This document shows, in pieces, positions 27,974 to 39,073 of a stretch of DNA of 64,000 bases (the stretch's first letter is position 1; each line of letters starts with the position of its first letter). The position numbers were made by a program, and so were the translations under genes. The stretch is taken from NCBI GenBank assembly GCA_040954595.2, contig CM082597.2, forward strand, positions 638,859 to 702,858, read 5' to 3'. Source of the DNA: Balanoglossus misakiensis. Taxonomy: Eukaryota > Animalia > Hemichordata. The notes beneath the pieces are model-generated. The model was given only the letters and a program-made list of their open reading frames with translations. It was not told the DNA's origin and ran no database searches.

Positions 27974-30900
27974 ATGGTGCGCTGTTTGGTTAGAAGTTTT
28001 CTGCTCGTCCACTTTCTCGTGTGCGTCTGTCTCGCTGTCACCATCAAGGTAGGTTTACACGCTGAACTTCCACATTGTTCATCTGAAAAAAAGTTGTGTT
28101 TTAAAAGCAGCCATTAGTCATAGAGTTTTACCTCTGTAGTATGCATGTCACACGAAAACATTCTTGTAAGTTTGAAGTAACCGGGTCATTGGAGCTGGCC
28201 ACAGATCAGTCAAGGCCGAGCGACCCCTTTCTTGGGATAGTTAAATTCCAGCCCTGGAACGAGTCGAGATGAATTGTCCTTGCAAATTGTGGGTGAGGGT
28301 TTCAGAATGACTAACCAAAGCGTATATTTCATTAAACGTTAAAAACGCTGAGGCAATCCGCATATTATAGCACAAACAGGCAAAGTTAATACGAACATGA
28401 ATCTGGATGCCAGGACAGATTTTTGACCCAGAGGTTAAAGGCTTCACGTATTGGTTTCATTAACGACATGCTACAGTATTTGTGAAAGGGGTGCGGTATT
28501 TTAAGTTATGTTCCAGATATGCTGCAGGATGGAGAATACGGAACGCAGACAGGCGCATTTTAGGCGGTAAAACTGCAATTCATGGCGTACGCAACATGAT
28601 CCAATCAAGAACTACCTTCGTAAACAACATATAAATAAAACGTGAATCATATCACATATCAAAACGTTTTGCCTGCAAGCTTAAATGAACCTCTATTTTC
28701 GTGTATGTACATGTAGACAAATTTCTTTGATGCGAGCGAAAACGTGACTACTTTGTTAGAATAACATATCCTTCACACGAGTAATTACTACATGTATTAC
28801 TTTCCTCCAAATTGACACGCGTAGGATAGATTTACACGGGCTGACTATGATGATGAGGATTTCGATGACGAAGATATAGAATTTAATGATGAAATTGACA
28901 GTGATGAAGAGGGAGACGAAAATGAAGGAACGAGAGATAAAAGACGTGCAAGAGTAGAGAGTAAGTTGAAAACTGTTTGGTCTGTTCATATGTATGTGGC
29001 ATGACTTTTGAATGACGATGATGATGATGATGATGATGATTGGTACAAATTCCGTCTCAACTATAAAAAAATGTGTCAAGTAGCCTATACAATACCTCAT
29101 GACCTAGACCTAGGCAAGAGTTGATGATCTGTCTTCTTTGTTGTTCCCATAGAAACCACCACAACTTACTTCTACACACTACATGCCGACACAGAACAAA
29201 CCTGGGAAGAAGCCAATCGCAGATGCAAAGAGAAAGATGGCGTTGTCGTGGCCATATCGGACAACAAGACCAGAGATTTCCTGGCGGAATGGATACCAAC
29301 ACAGGCGTCAGAGGGCCTCTTCTATCTTCAAATGGAGAAAAGAGTGGACGACGGAAAGAAAAAAGAGAAAGAGAAAGAATGGCAGTATTATAATCGAACT
29401 AAAGTGACCTACGTCAACTGGGCAGACGATGAACCTGACTTGAGTAAACGCTGTGCTGTCATTAGGTATTAGAGAGTTTCTTGTTTAACCCTCTCACCAC
29501 AATGGTTCAGTCCATAACCACTGTTTTCTATGTTACGGTTAGACCTTTAATTTGATACGATTTGTATAAATTGTTTGTTTGTTTGTTTGTTTGTTTTAGT
29601 TCTGACCATGGTTACGAGTGGATAACTCATAGCTGTGACGGTGGAGCTGGTTATATCTGTCAGTTTGGTAAGTGTCATGAATTCTATGAAGAAATGATGG
29701 ATGGATGAGGTCAGTCAGTCAGTCAGTCAGACAGACAATTGGTCAGTTAGGTACAACAACGGGATGGATGAAATATTTTGCATCATCGTACTCAGTTTTT
29801 TTCCCGGTTGTGGTGACGGCGTGAACACAAGCCTTTTCGCCGTTCTCATTTGCTGTCATGAATCAAAATATTCACTCACTTATTATTTATTTATTTTAGA
29901 CTGTAAACGTGACCCATTCTGGTGTGTTCGTGGCACAGTAACTCACACCGAAGATACTTGCAGTTGCACGTGTGAAGAAAGATGGACTGGCCCACATTGT
30001 GATGGTAAGTTATGACGTCATGATGATTTTTCGGAAAATCTCCTCGTCAAGTGATACAAGTCAAGCTTTATAGGAAACTAGAAGAGGTGCAGAATTTAAC
30101 AAAAATTGTCTTTTGTTCCTTTTAACACGATGGACCATGAATATCCTCCCATATAAGTTGCTTAGTCACGCGAAGTCTCGTGGCGTTCGCAAAAAGGTCT
30201 ATCGAACGTCTTCTGCACTTATTGTTATGCATCTTAAGATTTCAATTCCTTGTCTTCGCTGACAGAACTGCAGGAGAGCGTATACAACTACGACATTCCA
30301 ATAGGCAAAGGTAGTTTCTCTAACGCTAAAAGTTACTGTGACAACCTACACACAACGCAACCCAGTGTTCTGGACGAAAAGCCAATTCGAGAATTTCGAG
30401 CATTGGTCGACCAGAAATCTTTCCTGAGGGAAACTACTGTTTACGTCGATCTGACGTTGCAAGATGGCGCCTGGGTTGACAGTAACGGACAAACTTCAGA
30501 CAACTTAAATTGGATGCCGAACGAGCCAAGGGAAGGGAATGAATGCGCGGTTGCCAGGTGAGATAAATCGATGTTATTTTTATATGTAAAAATACTTTAG
30601 TCTAACTGATTGCAAACTTGTGAGTCACACTACGAATTTCTATGTTTCGCTGACTTTTGCTGTACTTTCTTGGAACGTATCTGAGATGACTGGTAATTTC
30701 ATTTTAAGAACAGATATAGAATTACCCACATTGCATTCTCTTGCAGCACTGGCAATAACAACAGACTGAAATCTGTCGACTGCAGCGAAACCCACAAGTA
30801 CATGTGCGAACTCCGTAAGTGAGCAAACAACTTTTATTTATTGTGCCTTATGTACAATATCTGGTGTATATTTTTATATATTACTTTCTAAAATGTTAGA

Positions 30901-32348
30901 AACAGTTGTACACGAAAATAATCGGTTATTTCCAGTTTTGTTAGATATAGAGTGATACTTGGCTATGCATTCATCGAATTCTACTCTGTCTGTCTGTCTT
31001 TTTGTCTCTCTCTGTCCCAATATCAAAATCAAATTGTATAATTTCCCTTACCTTAATTTAGCTTGTCGGAAAGCCAGGGAGAAATGGTGTGTCCATGGTG
31101 ACGTCATCGTTAACTCAAGAGGATCTTGTAGCTGTGATTGTTGGCCTGGTTCCTTTGGAGCCTTTTGTGAAGGTAAATCAAAAAGTTATGGTTTTCTGTC
31201 TTTAATTGGTCGGTAGGATAATTACGATCGCGACGCACTGATTGTGAAATCATTCTGGTCGTGTGAATATGCCTATTTTTATGTGACAGACGAGGTAAAA
31301 ACTTGTCAATAACTATTTTTCTTTGTGTATCTCAAAGAATACGACTATGATGACGCCATAGCAAAAACCCTCAAATTCTATGAGACCCAGCAGTCGGGTA
31401 TGTTACCACCTTACAATAGAATCCCATGGAGAAGTGATTCAGCACTGGAGGATATGGGTTACTATGGCGAAGATCTCACCGGCGGTTGGTATGACGGTAG
31501 GCACATATTCAACTCTCACCTTTGACCCTTGACCTACCACCCAAGTTCTTTGCTATAGCTGACATCCCTCCTAGTTCCAATAGCGTGATCTAAAATGTAT
31601 TTAAAATGCCCAGCATTACAAAGGCAGATCCCATTATGTCACGAAATACAGGTAATTAGGTAATACATTGCGTTTCTCAACTTCTGTGAGTGGTCGACTT
31701 TTTACCCATGATGCATCTTGTTGCAGCCGGGGATTATATTAAGGTCACCTACAAACACACGGCTTCCGTCTGGAAGTTGGCGCTGGCTTTTCTTGAATTC
31801 GAAGAGGCATACGAAGCAGCCGGGGAAGTGAAAAACTTCTTGAATACTCTCAAATGGGGGAATCTATACACCATGAAGTTGCATACCAGAACACTTGGCC
31901 ACAACCAGTTCTATGCCCATGTAAGTTGTCTTATTTATGGCCAATAGAAGTCTATAATTATCATGTGATAGAAAATGCTAATTTTGTAGGCTATAAGCGA
32001 CAAAAAAGTAGTAACCATTTTCCAGTCGTTTCATCCGATTCAGTTGTGACTTTGAAAATTAAAAAGTTTCGTTATTATATGGGTGGTTTTCGTTATACCG
32101 AATGGCGCCTCTCCCCCTTTAACCGATTCTTGGAGGATATTAAACGCGATATGATTTTTTTTAGGTTTCGGATCCTAAAATCGACCACAAATACTGGGGC
32201 CGACCGGAGGACTTTCAACAACATGGGATCAATCGACCAGCGTATCCTGTTAATGAAACCCACCCTGGAACTGACGTCGCCGCCAACGGTGCTGCCTCCC
32301 TTGCTGCTAGTGCGATGGTTTTCAAGGATAGAGGTATCTGTCTCTAGC

Positions 32349-32379
<31 letters not shown>

Positions 32380-34020
32380 GCTCGTCTCCTTGTCCGTCTC
32401 TCTATCTATTTATATCTCTGTGTCTCTCTGTCTATCTATCTGTCTTCCTGTCTGTCTGTCTGTCAACCGTAACACATGAGATCAGAACTTTGTGAACACA
32501 TCCCCAAAAGTACCACCTGTATTTGTGATATTATTTTTTGTTCCACCCCAGAACCTGACTTTGCTGAGAAGATGTTGCTTGAGGCCAAGGAATGGTATGA
32601 GTTCGCGGATAAATTTAGAGGCACCTTCGGTGAAAGCATTCCGGAACTACATTTTCAGTAAGATAGAGTCTACTATTTTATTACAGATACACGTGTACTT
32701 ATTCATTTTCAAAATGCACATGGATTGATGGATATAGATATATGGATTCCCACTTTTTTATTTTTACGCGGACTTTATTTCTCTAAAGGAGCGGTCCTTA
32801 CCACGATGAACTGACCAATGCTGGGCTGTGGATGTATTTAGCAACGGGCGAAGAGCACTACCTCGAAAAAACCATAAGACATTACGACGAATACAAGCTG
32901 AAGAAACCAGATCATTTGTTTAGTCGCAACAGAGTCAGTTTGCCCTTACAGGTATGCAAAATCAAGATTACGTTTTATTGATTTCCGTTTTTGTCAATGT
33001 TTATGTTAGACTGAAAGATTCAGTCGTGTGCGGGCGCAGGAGCACCCGCAAGCGACTGAATCTTTCGGTCTACAATAGTCTGCTATAAAAATTCCTTAAA
33101 GGAAGGCTGTCGTCCCTTCTGCGGTTGCGCGCAAAGTGTAACTGCTACAATGTACATTATTGCATACAATGTGGTTGTTACTTTGTATTACACTATACAT
33201 CATGGCAAATAATTTCTAATTCATTATGATATACCCTTTACATGTATTGCAGTTGATTATGTATTTGACCACTCGCGATACGAAGTATCTCGAACCTGTT
33301 GAAAAGGCCTTGGATAGATGGTGGCCTGGGGCCGATCAAGTCAAGTATTCACCGTGGGGAATGGCAGTGATAACTAACATGCGACCAATAAAAAGATCAG
33401 GTAATTTTTGTCTGTCACACACCCTTTTCATAAGTCTAGCGCCACCAGGCAGCCATCGTGAATTTTAACTCAAAGCGAGGGCAATGGAAAAATCCCTTGA
33501 TGTGATTGGTCAACTTTCACCATTCACTTCGCTTCTACTTCAGACGCGCGAGGGCGCTAGAAAGGGCGTATCCGCGCCAACAATACATTGTTTATTCCAA
33601 CGAAAATACCGTACCATACATATTTCCATACTTGTTGTTCCGCTGACAATGATTTTTGCGAGAAATGACGGAAATTTCTAACCTTGTGTCTCCCGGAACT
33701 TTTATATCTTTTCAGCGGATACGGCATTTATCTGCTTGATTGCTGCCAAATATGGAATCCATCGGGAGAAATACTTGAAGTTTGCACGGGAACAAATGCA
33801 TTACATCCTCGGCGACAGCGGCAGAAGTTATCTAACAGGCTTCGGGCGACGTCCACCTGTCCGTGCCCACCATAGAGCAAGGTGAGTTGAGTTGATGAAG
33901 TCCTTAACGTGCTGTAGGTCTTTGTTGTAGGTCAACAAAAACAACAACAACAACAACAACCACCACCACCACAACAACAACACCATCATCAATAGTCACA
34001 ACATCGTCAACAACAACAAT

Positions 34021-34051
<31 letters not shown>

Positions 34052-34894
34052 CCATCACCATCACCATTTAACCACTAGTCATTATTTCAAAAGGGTTTGA
34101 ATTAATTTGTCGGATTATAGACAAGTCTGACGGATGCAGTTATTTTTTCTTAACACAGTTGCATACATGTACTCGTAATTTTCAGCTAGTAACAAAAGAA
34201 TAGTGCGTTGACATAGTATTGTTCGATTTGCTTTCAGTTCGTGTCCGCTCAGACCATTTCCATGTGGCAGGGAGCAACGAGACTCTCCAGATCCTAATCC
34301 ACAGATACTGTACGGCGGGTTGGTAGGCGGACCTGACGATCGAGATAACTTCTTCGATCATAGAAGAAATTACATGCAGACCGAGGCTGGGATAAACGTT
34401 GCCGGCTTCCAGGGGGCTTTGGCAGGTAAGTGTTAGTCTGGTCCCCTGCCCCATTCCCACCGCTGGCTGCGCTACGCTAATCTCTCACGTGGTTTCCTGC
34501 GTGAGTGCCTGCCTGGCTGCATCTATCTGTCTGTCTGTCAAAAACTAATGGTATCGCCCAGGGTGTATAGTCATGTCCACCTCCATGTGTCCACTAAGAG
34601 AACCACGTCCTGTCTGTCTGTATGGCTGTCTGTTTTCCTCCGATAAAGATTTACGTTGCCTTTCCCTATCTTCTGTCGTACTAATTACAGAACTTTATCA
34701 ATAGCTATACGTGTTCTCAAACAGAAAAAAGAGCGAAAGATTCACACTGGAAAAAATCGGAAAGCTGGAAGTTGATTTCTCTCAAAAAAAATGAATCATT
34801 CAGATTCAATTTTTGTTACACTGATTTATGACTATTTATATCTTCTGTTACAGGTCTATCGTACTTTCGACTCCAGGAGAAAGGTTGGAAGTAA
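27974..34894 (+). CDS. Secreted multidomain protein: signal peptide, acidic pro-segment, 2x(C-type lectin + EGF-like), glycoside hydrolase family 9 (cellulase-like) domain
   Basis: Phase-consistent exons: 27974-28048 (signal peptide MVRCLVRSFLLVHFLVCVCLA), 28825-28960 (acidic, ends ...RDKRRARVE), 29153-29465 and 29600-29667 (CTLD1), 29900-30004 (EGF), 30266-30557 and 30747-30814 (CTLD2), 31062-31172 (EGF). GH9 exons: 31338-31496, 31727-31920, 32165-32333, 32552-32657, 32789-32951, 33253-33400, 33716-33881, 34238-34425, and last exon 34854-34894 (alternative 34705-34775). GH9 motifs: FYETQQSG, DLTGGWYDAGD, DHKYWGRPED, YILGDSGRSY, HHRAS, GLVGGPD, QTEAG. Confidence 0.9.
29012..29040. repeat. (GAT)n microsatellite
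   Basis: gatgatgat run in the intron after the acidic exon. Confidence 0.85.
29485..29550. mobile_element. Truncated copy of piggyBac-like MITE
   Basis: TTAACCCTCTCACC...TGGTTCAGTCCA...TGTTTTCTATG matches the copies at 42688, 55424 and 56483. The other end is missing. Confidence 0.6.
32350..32464. repeat. Imperfect (CTGT)/(CTAT) microsatellite
   Basis: tctgtctgtctg... runs in a GH9 intron. Confidence 0.75.
33007..33072. mobile_element. 66-bp hairpin / miniature inverted-repeat element in GH9 intron
   Basis: TAGACTGAAAGATTCAGTCG ... CGACTGAATCTTTCGGTCTA is 19/20 complementary, with an inner TGCGGG/CCCGCA stem. It begins and ends with TA. Confidence 0.55.
33933..34065. repeat. (AAC)/(CAC)/(CAT) trinucleotide microsatellite
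   Basis: caacaacaac... runs in a GH9 intron. Confidence 0.9.
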
Positions 34895-36602
34895 ATCGAC
34901 GTGAACCCGGAAACCACGTGACTGAACAAACAAACAAACAAACCCGGAAATGAACCACGTGACTGAACAAACAAACAACGGTCTCTATGGACACAAATAT
35001 ATCATTCATTTCACCACGATCGACCGTGATTTCACACTGATATGTACCATGACGTAATTTCACTGTCAACTTTTAACAATTGGACTGTCAGCTCGATTTC
35101 AATCGTTGATTTGTTTAAAATGTATAGTTCTATAAAACGCCCATTACAAATAGATTCTCAGATTTTACTCTTATAAATATAAGATCTCCTCACAAATCAG
35201 AAATATCGAAAGGAATGAAGGTTTTGTTGGCTTGATACAAAAGCGACACAGTTGTACTTAAGAAGATAAAACAGATTCAGAAATTGTGTAAAAATATTTC
35301 ATTTCATTCGTTTTTCTTTGAATCTGAGACCTGAACGAATGTAAAAGAAATCGATGATGTAATTGAGTTGTCAAAATCAAAGAGGACCAAAAATGGACAG
35401 TGGTATTATGGATTTTTTAACCAAAATTTGAATTACTTGTTGTCTTTGTGCGTAGTTTCAGTTTTCATAGACTTTTCAAGTAGGATTTATTCAATATCAT
35501 TAGATATCTTCATTAAACTAAATTGAGCATCACAGAAGTCTGGTATGAATATGTTTACATCACGCACATACTTTTAGACTGTAACTTCGACCGAAACCCA
35601 CACAGGTTGAAACAACCAGTTACCATCATCGACACCTGTGATTCTGTATGGTAAAGGTGTTTCGTTCCATAGGATTACAGCAGGCCAATTGATTGCTACC
35701 CGCTTCCAGCAATACCTGTATACGTGCACGAAATGATTATGGCGGCGCGGGTGGTTTGAAAGTAGACTCATTCTGCTGTGGTCATCACGGTTTTAATGCA
35801 AATAGCGTGATAATCACGTGACAATACTCACGCGGATGGCCATCCATCTACATGGTCAGTTACATAGAATGATTAACAAGATTAATGAACCAATAATCGC
35901 CCATTATAAAAAGGATACACGAAAGCAATCATGACAACGCAAAAACAGCCAGTAAATTACACAGCAAAGTTTTCACTGGAATCGTTTTCCTGAACGTCCG
36001 TCCTGACTGACAAGAATATTCCCGCACTGCTCAATCAACACGCCTAGCGTTGCCCTCAGCAGAAGGACGGCAGCATTGTACGCACCCACTTTCCATTGTT
36101 GACAGAACAAAAGAAACGAATTGTTAATGAAGTGAAATTATCACACCCATTAACACTATCCCCCTCAGCCTCCGATTTGAAGCAAAGGTCGGAAACATGG
36201 AAACTTGTGCGCGATTATGAAATATTTGTTTCTGACTTGTGCAATGAAGGGTCACTTTGATTGACAAATCTGAGGGCATATCGAAGATTAAACTATTGCC
36301 CAGTGGCTATTCTATATGCCATTATCACTCCCCATTCATAAAATCCAAAGGTTTTGTATTTTGTTTTATGAAACATCATAGGGGTACACCACCACTCCCC
36401 CCGTCCACGGCGCGAAAACATAGAGAAACAATAAGTGTTTATCTGTTAACAATGCGAGCAATGATATTTAACACGAGTTGTAGGGGTACATGGGCTAACA
36501 AATACGGGTGATGTCATTGTGGATGGGGTGACGGCGGAAGATGTAATGAAAGGACTACCTGCGAAATTAAACTCTTTATGTTATAATTAGAGTACAGTAT
36601 GG

Positions 36603-36734
36603 TATATATAGAGAGGCGCTTATAATTGAGTTGAATATCGCTTGGTAGCTGACACACTCGATCACAGTCCCCCCACACTCGGACTGTGTACTGATTAAAG
36701 ATCACTGCGTCTTCATCAACCAGACTTGTAACAG
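36603..36734 (+). promoter_or_regulatory. Putative TATA box and non-coding first exon of the Met-rich protein gene
   Basis: TATATATA at 36603, then a strong donor CAG|GTAAGG at 36734/36735. A matching acceptor TTTGCAG at 37391 lies just upstream of the ATG. Confidence 0.45.
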
Positions 36735-37403
36735 GTAAGGGTTTCTTTCGGCTTATCAGCTTCTCTCGCGCGCCCGATTGGCTTAAACAGAAGTTTGAGT
36801 ACCATAAGAAGTGGTGATCGTCGACCGTATGAAGTTTATGAAGCACGAATTTTCGAACAAGTCTGTGAAATCCAATTTCAGTTTGTCGGCTTTGATTCTA
36901 TTGGCTTGGTCGTGTTCCGTGTAATGTCTCCCACAATAGTCGAACCCCGGAGTCGAACTACCTTTTATGTTATTCGGCAACGTTCGTAACAAAATCAACC
37001 AAGAAGCCTTGAATATGTAACAATCATAATTTGGATTTACAATCACAATATTACTGGGTGCCAGCACCAAATGACGAAACAATACGCACAGAATGAGTCA
37101 TCTACCAGCAAATTTCATTTCAACTTTCACCTCCACTCGTGATGTCAGTACGCGTGCAAAATAAGGGTTTAGTTATAACTACAAGTGGAAAGCGGAGATT
37201 GATCATGGCAATCACTTGGTTGCCACGCCAAAAAAGTGCGCCACCACATGTTCTTAAGGTGATTAATAACGTAGATCACAGTGCTATATCAACAGTGTGT
37301 TTTTAAACCAATACAACCCCTAACTGAATGCACGATGGCGCAGTCCCTCAAAATTAAAACAACTAATCTAAGCATTCTTTTCACTTTGCAGAAACCGAAA
37401 AAA

Positions 37404-38372
37404 ATGAGGCGACAATTGACGATTCTCGCAGTTTGTTTTCTGCTGGCCGTACACCACTGCCACAGTTTTGTTCTGAAACACAATGTTGAAAAGCGAAGCG
37501 AGGACGAAACCCCAAGTGGCATGGCGATGACTGCTGATCCCTCCGCGGATTTAGACATGGATCCGAGTGGCATTGACTTTGGAGGAAACATGGACCTGGG
37601 AATGGATCTGGAATTTCCAATGGAAGAAGGTTTGGGAGAAGAGGCCAGGAAGAAACTGATGATGGCGGAGAAGATTATGATGATGATGGTTGGAGTGAGA
37701 GGAATGTTAGTCATGGAGAATGTGATGAAACACATGGAAGTCAGGCAAATGCTGGAATTGAAGATTTTGTTGGTTGAATTAAGAAGTTTGGCGGCTGACG
37801 TCATGGATGAATTTTTGCAGTTACTTGATGATATGCATCACGTGGGCGAGGCTGATGGAGCGCTGATGGATGGGGAAGATGGAGAAATGGGAATGGCGGG
37901 AAAGATGGATTCAATGAAAGACATGGGAGAGGGAATGGTGACACCTGACATGGGAATGGATCCTGGAATGGGGAGGGAAGCAAACACAGAGCCCATGGAA
38001 ATGGAACCAGGGACATCTCGCATGAGAATGGAAACGTATCCTGGTACGGGAATGGAAATGGGAATGAGAATGGAGCCAATGACAAGTGATATGGGAATGG
38101 ATCCTGGAATGGGAATGGATCCTGAGTCCAGAACAGGTGGTATGATGGAGATGGATCCCGAAATGAAACCAACCACACCCGACATGCCTGTGGATTCAGG
38201 AATGCGTCCAATGACAGCCAATATGGGAATGGACTCTGGAACAGAAATGATGGCGACCAGGAAGGATAACAATGGAATGGTCGACATGGACAAAGGCGCA
38301 GAATTGGTGAAACAAATCATGGAACTGAGAAGACTAATGGCGGACTTGTCGTCTTCTAATATGCCAAGATAA
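37404..38372 (+). CDS. Secreted methionine-rich acidic protein of unknown family (322 aa)
   Basis: Uninterrupted ORF. The ATG is 12 nt after a splice acceptor. Signal peptide MRRQLTILAVCFLLAVHHCHS, dibasic VEKR, DMGMDPGM repeats, AATAAA near 38550. Confidence 0.85.
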   Translation: MRRQLTILAVCFLLAVHHCHSFVLKHNVEKRSEDETPSGMAMTADPSADLDMDPSGIDFGGNMDLGMDLEFPMEEGLGEEARKKLMMAEKIMMMMVGVRGMLVMENVMKHMEVRQMLELKILLVELRSLAADVMDEFLQLLDDMHHVGEADGALMDGEDGEMGMAGKMDSMKDMGEGMVTPDMGMDPGMGREANTEPMEMEPGTSRMRMETYPGTGMEMGMRMEPMTSDMGMDPGMGMDPESRTGGMMEMDPEMKPTTPDMPVDSGMRPMTANMGMDSGTEMMATRKDNNGMVDMDKGAELVKQIMELRRLMADLSSSNMPR

Positions 38373-38922
38373 TTTTTCCACTCATTGCGAGACCTCGCGA
38401 GACTTGGTTTAAACTACCCAGCCACGCGGGATCTCGCAGCCTCGTTTGTTTGAATGACCAAATTATTCTGATTGCAAATACCATCACCAACACTTAGTAG
38501 TTGAAACGTTATTCTTGTTGATTTATCATAGAATCGGCACATTTTATATAATAAAAAACTTGTATATATAGTGATTGAAACTGTACTTTGAATTAGAGGG
38601 GTGTCGTGATTTTACTTGTCGCGTTTGTAAATATACTACATGTAGTATCTTCCTATAATAGATAATTTATGTACCGGTGTATTGAATTAATATTAAAAAT
38701 GAAGATGGAAGAATTTGAGTGGTTATTTTGTTGTTGGCGGAAATCTGTCGTAGGCCGGAAGGCAGAGATCGTCCTCGCGTGACTATGCTAAAAATATTAT
38801 TTCGTGATTTTTAAAATGATGTTTTACAATTGAGATTATAAAAATACTGGCACCAGTTATATCCACTCCCTTAATTACACTATTCAGTCATCAATAATTT
38901 GCATCTAAATGGAAAGAGAGGA

Positions 38923-39073
38923 TATATAAAAGGGCGTTGATTTTAACCAGCGTTGAAAGCGACTCAGTAACTAGCTGAAGCCCAGTCGGAAGATCTTTGA
39001 TTCTGCGGCAGCCGAAAAGATCGACTAAAGGCAATCCTGAGAAACTCGTTGACATCAAGACCCTGAGAATCTG
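38923..39073 (+). promoter_or_regulatory. Putative TATA box and non-coding first exon of the acidic secreted protein gene
   Basis: TATATAAAAG at 38923, donor CTG|GTAGGT at 39073/39074, acceptor TTACAG at 39937. Confidence 0.5.

Noticed and set aside
37289-38320. Antisense ORFs over the Met-rich gene (also 40097-40922 over the acidic gene)
   Set aside because: Shadow frames of biased-composition coding sequence.
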